DNA of 64,000 nt from Lama glama (lineage: Eukaryota): NCBI GenBank assembly GCA_028534125.1, contig CM052818.1, positions 436,001 to 500,000 of the forward strand, in the 5' to 3' direction. Positions 51,701-64,000 of this stretch are shown here, one piece after another (positions within the stretch are counted from its first letter, which is position 1; every line of letters starts with the position of its first letter). A model generated the notes under the pieces. The model was not told where the DNA came from, searched no databases, and was given only the letters and a program-made list of their open reading frames with translations. Both the position numbers and the translations under genes were made by a program.

Positions 51701-54254
51701 CATTTTAGTTATAGTACCCACCATTAGTGACTACTCCGTAAACAGCTGTTGGTTGAATGAATGCAAATATAGTTCCCGAAATAAAGACTCTGAATTTTCT
51801 TTGGAAGAAGTTTTTGGTTTGAAGATAGGCAGTTTTATATTTACTACTTTAGTTGGCTTTTTGGTAAAAAGTTTTAGATTGGATTTTTTCCCAGGTTTTT
51901 CATCTTGTTCAGGCGGAGAAAATGCCTGGAGATGATGGTATACTTAAGAGGCTCCCGTAAATTACAGTTACATTAAATTAAAAACAATATATTATTTTGA
52001 GTGTTATATCAAATACTATCTTACTACTAGATTTTAGTATCATGTAGCTATACCAGACATCGTAGTTTACAGAGAAATTGTGGGAGGGAAAAAAAGCATG
52101 ATTTAGGAAAAGATGAACATTAGCAATAGAACTCTGGTCCATCTTGTGGAATGACAATCTTGGTGCTAATAAAAATCAACACATTGGTGTGAACTTGCTT
52201 TAAGTACCTTGCATCCTTTTTCCCTTAGGGGAAGGTTTGATGCTACTTACGAGATCTGATACCTCCCAAATTTCATGATATTAAAATGTATATTGAAAGA
52301 GAACAGTTAAGCTGGGACCTAAGTTGTGGTAAGTCTGAGATAACAATATCGTAAGAGGCTGGTCCTGTGCATGGAGACCACCAAAGGGAGGCATTTGTCA
52401 GTTTGCCCAGTGCTGCCTGAGGAAGAGGGACTTTTGGTGGACACAGACATTCTGGTCATTAGGAGGAGGCCCGTGTAGCAGTGGAGAACCAGACAACACC
52501 ATTCTTATGAAACCCCTGGGAGTACTTTAAAACATTTGTCTTAGAAAAAAAAAAAATTAAAGCCTTAAAAGGAAGAAAAAAGCTATTATTATCATGTGTC
52601 ATAGCTTTAAAAAAGTTATGCTGTGTCTAGTTTTAAGATAAATATGTAATTTTGAATTATTTTTTAAAATAATTATTCCATATCTGGGTGGTGCCTGGTT
52701 CAGCCAAGTTCTGTTGGAATGCAGCTTAAGAAATGCTGCCCTATGGTAAATTACCCAGGCTCTCCGAGCCCTCCGGCAACATGGATGGCAAAGCTTCTAG
52801 GACTTTCCGCCCCCATTTACTGTCTTTCTTTGCTGAAGCTGGCTTCTCATTACTCAACCGGCTTTCCAGAGTGGGGAAAGCCATTTTTGGAATGGGGAGT
52901 GGTGTGCAGGGTGGGGGTGTTGCCTGGTGTGATTGTTCCAGTCATTGGAACTGTAATTTCCCATCACATCTGATTTGTTGGCATTCCGGGTTTTGTGTGT
53001 TTAAATGGCATGAGTCGGTTTCTCAGAGCCCTGACTGCCCTTAGATGAACTAACAGTGTCTGATCTCAGAGGTGAAGTTGGCACTCCCTAACCCTCAGGG
53101 CCTATCCTTTTTTCATCTGCAATCATTTCTTAGGTAGTTGTTTTTAACCGTAAAAAATTTAAGTAATTCTAACAACCATGCAGTCCCACCCATCTGACAA
53201 ATCAGTTACCTTCATCTTTTCATATTAATTGAGACAGTTTTTCAGCTGATAGGCAGAGACCCTGTTTTAGGCTTAATCAGCAACCTGCATTCTAAATATT
53301 GACTCTCTGTGCTAAGTATTTTAAACTAGGGTCTAGTCTGAGGAGGCAGGTATCTGATAATATACAAACCCCATCAATTTTTAATTCCTACAACTCTGTT
53401 GGATATTCCATGACAAGCCCAGAGGGTTTTATTTAGTAGTTTGGGATGTGATGTTTGGAACCTATATTTTTAAAAAACCACCTGTGTTGGTTGTGATCAG
53501 ATTGTTCCGGTGGCAATCTCAAATGTAAGTGCGCATCAGGGTTCCTTGGGGCGTACTTTACAGGTGTGGATTCCTGGGACCCAGCCTCAGAGGTTGAGAT
53601 CCTATTAGGAAACCAAAAGTGAGACCCATGAGACAATAAAAACAAAAAGCTAATCCTATCAGAGGGAGTTAATGAATATTTCTTGTTTGATTCAACTGCC
53701 CAACATGGTAGGAATTTGGTGTGAGCTAGAGAAGTTCTGAATTTCAGGGAAGAGGTGGGCCTTAGGCTTGGTAGGGGAAAGGATTTAGACACAGGCCTAG
53801 CAGAGCAGGGGGGAGGGATTTATTCGCTGAAGTGTGGGAGGAACAGAGGCTGAGCAGATGTGCAAAGACTCACATGAGTTGGGTGGAGGTGGGACTGAGA
53901 GACCAGCGTGACTACAAAATACACAGATTTCTGTTTTGTTCTGACCCTGTGTGTTCAGAGAGGAGCTGAGGTGGTGTGTGATAAATGTCACATAGTGGAT
54001 GTGTGGGCTCTTCTGCTGAGACATCTCTTTACTCCCGATCAGTAACCATGGGTGGCTGATAGAATTGACTGGAAGGGTGCCTCCCCTCTCCTTCTCTTGG
54101 TTCCATTTGGGTTCTTCCTAAGGGGAGAATTCACTTGAGAAAGATCATCTCTGATAGGGGAGATTGAGCTCCAAATGCACTGTTAAGGTTCACTTTTTGG
54201 TTTTTAACCAATGTGGGTTTCGTGGGGAACCAGAATTAATAACATATTTTGTGT

Positions 54255-55870
54255 TTTATTCATTCAGCCATGTCATTAGTCTGGGCTTTGGCTCCTGCCC
54301 TGGAGGAGCCCCATCTTCTACCTAGAGAAACAGAATTGCATTGTGGGTGATGGAGTCTTACCCAGAATGCCAGGCCAAGCGCAAAGGAGCTGGTCCCACT
54401 TAGAGGTGTCAGGGTCCTGAAAGGCTTCCCACAGGAGGTGCATCTGAGAAAAATCTTGAAGATTGAGTAGGAGTTTGCCAGGTGAAAAGAATCGCTGTTC
54501 CAGGAAATGAGAAAGCATATGCAAAATCACATTTGCAGCAGACAGCATGGCATGATTAGAGTTTCAAGGAGTTTGGTCCAGTGGGAGCTCTGGATGCCTG
54601 AAGGGAAGCTGAGGTGGAGAGGTTTATGCAGAGGCCAGATTTTGATGTGTCTTGTAGACCATCTGAAGGGTTTGAGTTTTCCTGTAAAGGCATAGGGAGC
54701 TGCCAAAGGATTCTAAGCAGTGTTATTTAGTTTTTGGTGTGTCTGCAGTGTGAATGATGAATTGAAGAGGGCAAGGCCAGAGCTGGAGAGGCAACAAATG
54801 AGATCCTGGCCTTGGGTGGGAGATGGGAATAGAGAGAAAAGGACAGATGGAGAAAATTGAGAAGGCAGGTTCAAAAGCACTTGGTGGCTGCTAGAGGTTT
54901 GGCAGAGGAGGAAGAAGTCCTGACTGCGTGGATGGTGCTGCCAACCCCGGAGGTTGGGATGCGGGAGAAGCTCATTCTGTTGGAGAAGGTAATGAGTTCA
55001 CTTAGGGACCATATTGACTGAGGTGTTTGTGGGACATGCAAGTGGAAGTGTCTGAAGGGCTCTTGGATGGTGAGTCTGGAACTTAAGGTATGGGCTAGAC
55101 ATTGGTGTAAATGGGAAAAGATAACTTGAATATCGTGGTACTAGGTTAATTTCATCTCTAAAGCATTTCTCACAGCAACCACTGCTTTCTTCCTGCTCTG
55201 CTATCACCTTGGTTCAAACTCCTGTTATCTTCTAACTGGTCTGCCTGCTTCCTTATCAGTCCATTCCCACATCGCTGGTGGGGTGGTCTTTTACAAACGA
55301 GATGGAAGGTTGTCATTTCCCTGCTTGAAACCCATCATCACCGAATTCCCATTGCCCTTCGAATGGAATTTAAACTTCTTACTGCGGCTGTGAGGCCCTG
55401 TGTGAGCTGGCCCCAGCCTGCCTTCCTGCCACTCCATGCTCATTCTCTCTCACTTGACCACCCTGTTGCAGCAGTGGGTGCTTTAATGCCACAGACTTTT
55501 CTGCCTTGTCGTGCACAACGTTTTTCTCTTTTCCTGACCTTTGTTCACACTTCTCCCTCTGCCTTCCCCCTCTACCCCTTGGCCTGGCAATCCTGATCTT
55601 TCAGGTCTCACCTCAGATGACATTTTTCAGAGGAAGCATCCTTAATCTTCTGAGTTACAGTAGAGCAGTTCTGCACTTTTCTTTCTTTTCTAACACTTAA
55701 CACAATTCCTTAGTTACTCGTATGAATGTTTACTGTCTATCTCCCATACGAGCTCTGTGAGGGCAAAATCCATCCTGTGTTTGGTTCACCATTGTATCCC
55801 CAGGGCTGGACAGTCCTGAGTGCATATAATAGCTCCCTGAATATTGGTTAGATTTGTTGAATAAATGAGG
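54255..55870. mobile_element. Two oppositely oriented L2 fragments
   Basis: Antisense L2 text at about 54255-55120 and sense L2 text at about 55150-55870, ending tttgttgaataaatga. Confidence 0.55.
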
Positions 55871-55993
55871 GTTTTATCTTCATTTTTTCTATCTTGAAAG
55901 ACTTGCAGTTTTTACCCTGTCACAGAATAAATAGGGCTGTTTTAAGCTTGACAACATATGTAGCTGATTTCATCTATTTCTGAGAGTCTATTC

Positions 55994-56153
55994 GTTTTTT
56001 AATATTTTATTTATTTATTATTGTATTATTTAATTATTTTATTTTGGCAGGGGTGTAGGTAATTATTTATTTTTAGAGGAGGTACTGGGGATTGAACCCA
56101 GGACCTCATGCATGCTAAGCATGTGCTCTACTACTTGAGCTATACCACCCTCC
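55994..56153 (-). mobile_element. tRNA-Ala-derived SINE (Vic-1-like)
   Basis: Family text. TSD AGTCTATTC at 55985-55993 and 56159-56167. Confidence 0.85.
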
Positions 56154-56288
56154 TGGAAAGTCTATTCTATTGTTGTTAAAGATTCTGCCTCTGGAAGGTT
56201 GGGACATTAAAATTACAAATCAAATCTTCGAGGTATTTCCCACCTCCCCATGGGCTGCATTAAGGTAACTCTGGTTAGCATGGCCTGA

Positions 56289-56567
<279 letters not shown>

Positions 56568-57782
56568 TAGTTGTGGTGGGTAGTTGGCAGGCACGGGTGA
56601 ATAAACTAATTGTAATAATGTAATTTGCTCTGAGTAGGTTAAGTAGTCCAGTCTGAATCACCTTTAAAAAAAGAAACCTTTCATTCCAGGAAGGACCGTG
56701 TACACCAGAGAAGATGACTTGTTTAAATCTGTTTAGTTTTGATTTTTGTGGTTTTTACATGTCTACATAAATGCCTCTGTTCTTTGTGGTTTCCCAAAGC
56801 ATGTCCAGCCAACCTGACTTTGAAGATTAATTTTGCCATTCCTACCCTTAAGTTTATTACTGAAATTGACCATCAGGAGTAATAGTTAACTATAGTGACT
56901 TTAACATATTTGTGAAGTCTTAGAAACTGGAAGGGACCTTAGCGAGCATCTTGTCACATTTGGAGGCAATGCAGAAATAATTGCTAAATTTATGAAGTGT
57001 TTACTACGTGCCAGGCAATAACCTGTCCCAAGCACTGTGCATTTCACTTATGCCTCGTGGCTTAGGCCCGAGTGTCAGGTCAGTTGCTTTGGGAGAGGCT
57101 ATAGAGTTGGTTTCAACACCAGCCACATCACTGTGAGCAGGGAAGGACCAGCTGGACATGAACCTTAGAGGGAGCTGGGGGAGTGGCAGCACCATGCCTC
57201 AGTCTCCACAGACTGTCCCGCAGTCACTGAGCACTCACTGAGTGCCTCGTTCTTGTTTTTAACAACCTATTGTTAGAAAGTTTCCTGTACGAGCCACTTT
57301 GCATACCTGTGACTCTGACTCATTGGTTCAAGTTGTGCCTCTTAAGTCTTTTTACTTTTCCACATGGCAGCCCTTCATGTATTTCTAAGGCTTGCTTTTT
57401 CTCCCCCATCAAGTCTTCTCTTTTTGAAACCAAATACCATTTTCCTCCAGACTAGTCCTCATTCTCAAGTTACTCTGTCTAGGTGATGCACTCCAGTTTG
57501 TCAGTTTCGCACCTAGCTTTTAGTCAGAGTAGTACTCAGAGCTGGACAGGACATTCCGAATGTGGTCTAAATAGTACAGAGCATCATAGAACTTGTTCCG
57601 GGTGCCGTTTTCTGTTATTCCAACTCAGGATTGTGTTACCTTTTTTGGCAGGCACGTGATACTTATTGAGGATGTTTATTTTTTAAATTGTCTCTGTGTA
57701 TATGTATGTGTGTGTGTATTTGTGAAATTAACTTTTCTATTTAGAAAATAAATTATCTTTTTCTGAGTACGCACAGGTCACC

Positions 57783-58278
57783 TGTTGTGGGGATTTATAC
57801 TCTTTTCTCCAAGAGGTGGCCCTTAATTCTCCCCTTGAGTGTGGGCTGGACTTAGTAACTTGCTTCGAATGAATGCACAGTAGCAGGGTTAAAAGTGTGT
57901 GACTTTCTATGGTAGGTCATAAAGGGCATTGTATCTTCCATCTTGTTCTTGCTTGATCACTTTTACTTTTGGCTCTGGTGATGCCAGCTGCCGGGTCATA
58001 CAGATTACCTGTCTATGAAGAGGCCCACACGGCAAGGAACTGAGTCCTCCTGCCAGCTGCCATGTGAGTGAGTCTTCTTGGAAGCAGATCCTTTAGTCCC
58101 CTGTCAAGTCTTCAGATGACTGTAGCCTCAGCCAACATCCTGACCGAAATCTCATCGAAAACCCTGAGGCAGAACCAGCACTAAGCTGTGTCCCAAATAA
58201 CTTTACCACAGAAACTTGAGATAATGAATGTTTTTTGTTTCAGCCACTAAATTTTGGCACAAATAGATAACTGATGCT
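57783..58278 (+). mobile_element. MLT1E/F-like MaLR LTR
   Basis: ccccttgagtgtgggctggacttagtaacttgcttc...gaggcccacacggcaaggaactgag...cttcagatgactgtagcc...cagccactaaattttgg...atagataact. Confidence 0.75.
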
Positions 58279-58806
58279 CCCGTAATCTTATTATCCAGAG
58301 GTAGTACAGCTAACATTTTTGTCCTTTTAGGTTTCTTTCTACAGAGGAGAAAATATATATATATTTACATACACTTACATAAATGTATCAAACATACATA
58401 CATTTCCTTTTTTAAAACAAAAGTCCTGATTGTCACCTACATGTCACTTGATATACAACATCTTTCTTTCATAGTAACATCATTTTGATGGTTGCCATAT
58501 ACTGCATAATATGGTTTACTATCATTTAATTATCTAGTCTTATTTTGAATATTTAGTATTCTAATTTCTCCTTATTATAAACGTTGTTACAACAATGAAT
58601 ATCCTTGTAGCTGTATCTTTTTTTCTTTTTAATAGCTAAATCTTGAGGGTAATCTAGAACCATAATCTAGAACTAGAATTTTGATATCCAAAAATTACAT
58701 GTTTTGTTGACTTCTGTTATATTTAACAAAATTTTCCTTTGGAAAAGTTGTACTAGTTTTCTCATACTTTCAGCAACATTGGGAGTTTTTTTTTCATCTT
58801 TTCTAA

Positions 58807-58900
58807 GGAATTATTATTACTATTTTTTTTAAATGGTTCAATCCCCAGGACCTTGTACATGCTAAGCATGTGCTCTACCGCTGAGCTGTACCCATTCCCC
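58807..58900 (-). mobile_element. Short Vic-1-like SINE with inverted T-arm segment
   Basis: Perfect 13-bp TSD TCATCTTTTCTAA at 58794-58806 and 58901-58913. Confidence 0.85.
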
Positions 58901-58919
58901 TCATCTTTTCTAACTTGAG

Positions 58920-61800
58920 AGGCAAGAAAATGGTGTGTTACTTTATTTCACATTTCTTTGGTTGCCAGTGAAATGAACTTTTTTATCAGCCATTTATTAG
59001 CATGCTTTATTGAACTGCCTGTTCAAACCTCTTGCTTTTTTTTTCCATTGAGATTTTCAGGTTTTTATAATGACTTCATAAGAACTCATTGTATATTATG
59101 TATCTTAACTCTGTCAATACTTTCCCCAGTTTGTCATTTTTCCTTTATATTTACATATGATATATTTTGTAGTATGATACTTGGAAGTTTTTATATGATC
59201 AGATCTGTCTTGTCCTTTATAGTTCCTACCTTTGATGTTAAAGTTTAAAAAGACCTCTCACAGCCCAAGATTATAAAAACATGCACCTGCTTTTCTTTCT
59301 CTTGCTTTTAAGCTTTTACTCTTTATATGACCTTAAAGTTACAGGAGTCTCATTTCCCCTACTAGTTATCTCTGTGTCCCAGCAGTGGGCTTGTTTAGTT
59401 TATTCCTGAGTGATTTTGTATTTTGTTACTGTGACTAGGATCTGTTTTCCCATCACCCTTTTCAAACAGGTTATTGCTATTTTAAAGAAAAGCAGTTGAT
59501 TGTTGTATTTGTCTTGTGTGCCTTAGTTTTCATATTAGTTTTTTAGCTTAATTGCTTGAGGTTTTAGAAAATAATCGTTTTCTCTAAATACTAATCATTT
59601 GCAAGAGTTTTCCAGTATCCAAACCTCATTTCTGTTTCCTTTCATTGGACAGAAGTTCCAGAACAGTGTTAAATGATAGCAGTGGTGTTAGTCACCCTTA
59701 TCTCTTCTGTCGTTAGTGAAGCTACCTCTGATGTCTCACTGTTGAGTTCTGTGATTGTCATTCATTTCAGTAAACCATATGGAGGAGGTACCCTTTTATT
59801 ACCAGGATATTAACTGTTTTTATCAGCATCAGATGTTGGATTTTCATCAGAGGCCTTTTTTAGCATCTAGTGAGGTAACCATGGGATTTTTCTTTTCTTT
59901 TTATATCTCTTAGTGTTAGTCATAGATTTGATAATGGTGCCATCTTCACATTCCTAGAATGAACCCTTTCATTCATGGTGTACTGTTCCATTCAGTTGGG
60001 ATTTTGCATGTATATTTATAAATTTAACGGTATTAATATTTGTGTGTCCAGTTTTTGACAGATTTTACCATCATGGTTGTGAAAACAAATTGAGAAGTTT
60101 TACATGATTTTTAGCATAAGAATCATCTATTCCTTGAGGGTATGATAGAAATCGGTTTTAAAGTTATATGGATTCATAGTTACTGGACAACTGTTTCTTC
60201 CTCAGTTATCATTTAGTGTTTTTTTCCCCCACATTCTTGAGTCAATTTTGATCATTTTGTTTTCTTAGGAAATTAGCCTTTTATTGAGATTTTCAAATTT
60301 AATTGTGTAAAATCAGTACATGTATTCTTTTATACTTTTAATTCTTTTGTGTCCAGAATTACTGTCTTTTGTCTTACGTTGCTTATTTGTGTGACTATTT
60401 AGGGAAGGATAGATAGGACAGATGATTGTCTGTTTGTCCTGTTTTAAAAGACCCAATTAATGGGTTTTATTTTTTAATTCTATGGGGGCTTACATTCTAA
60501 TTTGTTCATTTTTATCTTTAAATTTATTTATTTACTTCCCAGGATTTCTTTGCATTTTTAAAGCTCTTTAGTGTGAATGATTGATTTGTGTATTTCCCCC
60601 TTTTTCTGCCTTAGTAATAAAAGCATTTGCAACTGGAAATTTTCTTCATGGGATAAGCTTTGGCTCTGTCTTCTGGATTTTAACATATGAGATTTTAACT
60701 GAAATTTCTAGAGTTTATAATTATAGTTTTGATTTATTTTTTGCTCAAGAATTACTCTGAATGTTTTACATATTCTGAGTAGATTTTGGGTGTTTATTAC
60801 TTTGTTAATTCTAATTTTATTTTGTTATGGTCAATGTGGCTTATATAGGTTTTAAAACTTTTTGTTTGTTTTGGAGGGAGGTAATTAGATTTATTTATGT
60901 ATTTATTTTAATTTAATTTTTTTTTATGGCGTGCTAAGCGCATACTCTACCACTGAGCTCTATACCCTCCCTGCCTTTATAGAGGTTTTAATTGGGGAAA
61001 CTTACTGAGCATTTCTTCATGGTTTATGTATGATCATTTTGGTAAGTGTGCCATGGACTTTTAAGAAGAATATGTATTATCTGTAAGGTATGGAGTTTAA
61101 AGTGACATATTTTACAAATTCTAAAATGCCATTTTGTGTAAGACACATAATCATTTTAGTAAACACTTCTAAGGAATAATTAAAGTGTCTGTTAAGTTTA
61201 ATAAGCATTGTAAGATGTATCCCAATTTCAGATATGTGAGAAAAATAATGACTAAGAGTCTTATCCTCCAAGTGCTCATTTTGGGGTCTACTTTTATTTA
61301 TTAAATCTTAGAGAAGTGTATTTAAGTTTTGAGCTTTTACTGTGTTTTGTTCGTTTCTCCCTGTATTTTTAATTGGCTTTGCTCTATATTTTTGTATTTT
61401 AGTGCTTTATTCATGTGAAAAGGTTCATGACTTCTTTGTGAAGTTTTTATTGGTTTATTAGTGTTAAAAACCCCTCTGGTAGCATTTACTGCTTTTTCTC
61501 TCAATACGGCTTTGCCACATCTGCTTTTTTGTTTGCATCTGCTTGGTGGAGCTTGCTGTCCCTTTGTTTGCAGTTCATCTGTGTCATCTTGTTTTAGGTA
61601 TTTCTCTTACGAACAGGGTTTTTAGCTTTCACCCAGTCCCAGGGTTTGCCTTTCCTGAGATTTTTTTCCCGTTTATCATGACGATGTTTAATTTATTCCT
61701 GCCACTTTATTTTGTGCTTTCATCTCCTTTTTTCCTTCATTCATATGGAAACTTTACTATTTTTATTCCACCAGTGGAAACATTTAAGTTAAAAATATAC
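58920..61800 (-). mobile_element. Highly degraded old L1 (L1ME-like) remnants
   Basis: Long T-rich antisense L1-like tract. Boundaries are approximate. Confidence 0.45.
60858..60972 (-). mobile_element. Vic-1-like SINE with B-box deleted
   Basis: Tail gaggtaattag...(ATTT)n joined directly to gtgctaagcgcatactctaccactgagct. TSD-like TTATA(T/G)AGGTTTTAA at 60841-60855 and 60977-60991. Confidence 0.75.
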
Positions 61801-61814
61801 ATGTTTAAGACCCC

Positions 61815-62062
61815 CAGATCTAGAAACAAACTTATGGTTACCAGAGGAGGGACAAATTAGAGGTATGAGATTAACAGATACAAACTATTATGTGTAAAAC
61901 AGATAAGCAACAAGGATATACTGTGTGGCAGAGGGCATTATAGCCATCATCTTGTAATAACCTGTAATGGAGTATGATCTTCAAAAAATTCTCAATCACT
62001 ATGCTGTACACCTGATATAACTAATAAAAGATTGTAAATCAATTCTACTGTAATTAAAATAT
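61815..62062 (+). mobile_element. Artiodactyl-type L1 3' end
   Basis: aaacaaacttatggttaccag...gattaacagatacaaacta...agataagcaacaagga...atcactatgctgtacacctga. Confidence 0.75.
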
Positions 62063-62625
62063 ATATATATACACACACACACACACACGTTTGAACCTAT
62101 CTATCAATGTCAGTGAAGTCTCTGTGAAAGAAAAAAATTAACTTTTACTACTTTCTTATAATCCTTTTCTCCCGATTCCATCCCCCAGATTATAGGAATC
62201 TGTAATTTTATAGATCCAGGGTGTTTCTATATTGTGAAATTTCTCTTTTAACAGTAGAAATTGGCAGTAAACTTCCTAATCACATTAATAGTAGTTACTT
62301 TATACTTAACTCTGTTCTGCTGGTCATTCACTGACCACTGTTTTCTTGTTACAACTTCTTCCCATTTCTTGATTCTTTATTTTGATTCATTTTTCAGTTG
62401 GTTGAAATATATTTTAGAGAAACTTTTTGGAAAGTGAGTGGTATCATTTCTGAGTGATTGCTTGTCTATATGTCTTCAGTTTCTTTTGTAGGGAAGTATT
62501 ATATGGTTCTGATCTTTAAAAAAAAATGTAGATAATTCATGCTTTTCCTCCACCTTAGGTTTTTGTGTTGTTTTGCTTATATGAATTGTTCACATTTTGC
62601 CAGGATAGGTCCGGTTGTGGGTACC

Positions 62626-62675
<50 letters not shown>
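62626..62675. repeat. (TG)n(GA)n compound microsatellite
   Basis: Directly visible. Confidence 0.95.
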
Positions 62676-62680
<5 letters not shown>

Positions 62681-63911
62681 ACTATATGCGTAAATCTATA
62701 TTAAATCTTTTCTCAGTGACTCAGTGAATTTCTTAGATGGAAAGTCTCACACCTCAGAGATTTTCTTTAATTTTTCTTCTTTGATTTTGGCTGCTTTTTT
62801 ATCTGATCAGTTCCCACGACTGTAACTCCTAGTCATCCCGTGGTTTTAAACTTCATTGTCGTTCTAAAATACTTGGAGGTAAGCCATGTTTCTGTTAGAC
62901 AGTGATTCTCACTGATGGTGAAATTTGATGAGAGGGCATCACATACCTTACGAGTAGTGGTCTTCCTCTGCTCATCTCTTTTTTATTGGGGGTGACATGT
63001 CCCTGTATTGGACTCTAACTGCATGAGAAGGAAAATTATTTCCTCTGAGTGGGTAGCTTTATCTGAGGTATCATTTTAGCCCTTGTTTGAAAAGTTGTTT
63101 GATACAGAATTGTATTACCTGCTGTAAGGTAGGACACAAGTGACATTATGGCTTGCTGTGTCTTTCCAGAGGAAAGAAAGGAAAAAACAAAAAATACCCT
63201 ACCACTATGCAACAGTGTGTATTGGGTCTCCTAAACTGTGTGTCTTTTCATTTCTTTCATAATTTTCTGCTTTTTTTCCTCTTAGTTTAGGGAAATTTTC
63301 TTGAGTTGGTATCTATGTGACAGTCACTGGTTAGGTTGACTGAAGTTTAGTCTGATGGTTACCATCTTCATTGGGTGTTTTGTTTTGGCAGCTGCGTTTT
63401 TCCCATCTAAGAATGTTCTTTTCCTATTGCTCTTTTTTTTTTAATAGCCTGTTTTACCAATGTGTTAGTCTTGTGAATCTCATCGAGATTTTTTCTGTTT
63501 TCTCCTGTTTCCCATATCAGCTGTGTCCTGAGAGGCTGCTTGTCCTGAGCACATGGATTGGTCCTCTCCTTTTGAGTGGCTGGGTATTTTCACATCCAGT
63601 GATTAGCCCTCTGTCTGTTTAAATGTTTGAAGGGTTGTTTGCATACGTTCTGTCGCTGAGATGGGTTCTTTCAGCTGTTTTGTAGGCCTCTGTGCGATAT
63701 TTTATCCTCGGCTAGCCCGCAGCCTGCTGATAGAAGCCCCCGCCCAGTCAACCGAGTACCTCTGCCCACATAGGGGGCTTCCGCGCTGTGTCAGGACTAC
63801 ATACACTACACACCAGGGGCTCCCTAGTGACACCATCAGAGACTCGAGTAGCTTCAAATTTGTCCCCTGCTTCTACCTCCAGCTCTTAGCCAGGGGCCAT
63901 TTGTGAGGCTG

Positions 63912-63913
<2 letters not shown>

Positions 63914-63947
<34 letters not shown>
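63914..63947. repeat. (GT)n microsatellite
   Basis: Directly visible. Confidence 0.95.
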
Positions 63948-63949
<2 letters not shown>

Positions 63950-64000
63950 GGGGATGGAAGGAGGGAGACTGTTTTGTGAACCTCTCTGCTCTGCCTGCTG

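Noticed and set aside
54255..55870. Inverted L2 pair as a dsRNA/miRNA precursor
   Set aside because: The copies are ancient and diverged, and I could not identify an extended complementary stem.

Overview
Mammalian genomic DNA, probably a camelid (Camelus/Vicugna/Lama). The basis is ten copies of a tRNA-Ala-headed SINE resembling camelid Vic-1, plus artiodactyl-type L1 3' ends; this is an inference. The window holds the complete smooth-muscle gamma-actin gene ACTG2 on the + strand: a CArG promoter at ~15.3 kb, a non-coding exon 1, eight coding exons summing to 1131 nt (376 aa + stop), and an ATTAAA signal at 39965. About 5.4 kb downstream lie the CpG-rich promoter and first two exons of DGUOK (+); the rest of DGUOK is outside the window. 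The remainder is intronic or intergenic DNA rich in L1, L2, MIR, SINE, LTR and hAT repeats, microsatellites and one 500-N assembly gap. Almost all other ORFs in the track are spurious. I found no evidence for a new multi-gene system. The best leads are small: a poly(A)-tailed ~590 bp probable retrocopy of an unidentified transcript in DGUOK intron 1, a tailless 5'-half tRNA-Phe retropseudogene, a MER41-like solo LTR with GAS/CArG-like motifs between the genes, a SINE with an inverted T-arm, and a CpG-rich hairpin followed by ACA. Repeat family names are from recognition, not a database search.
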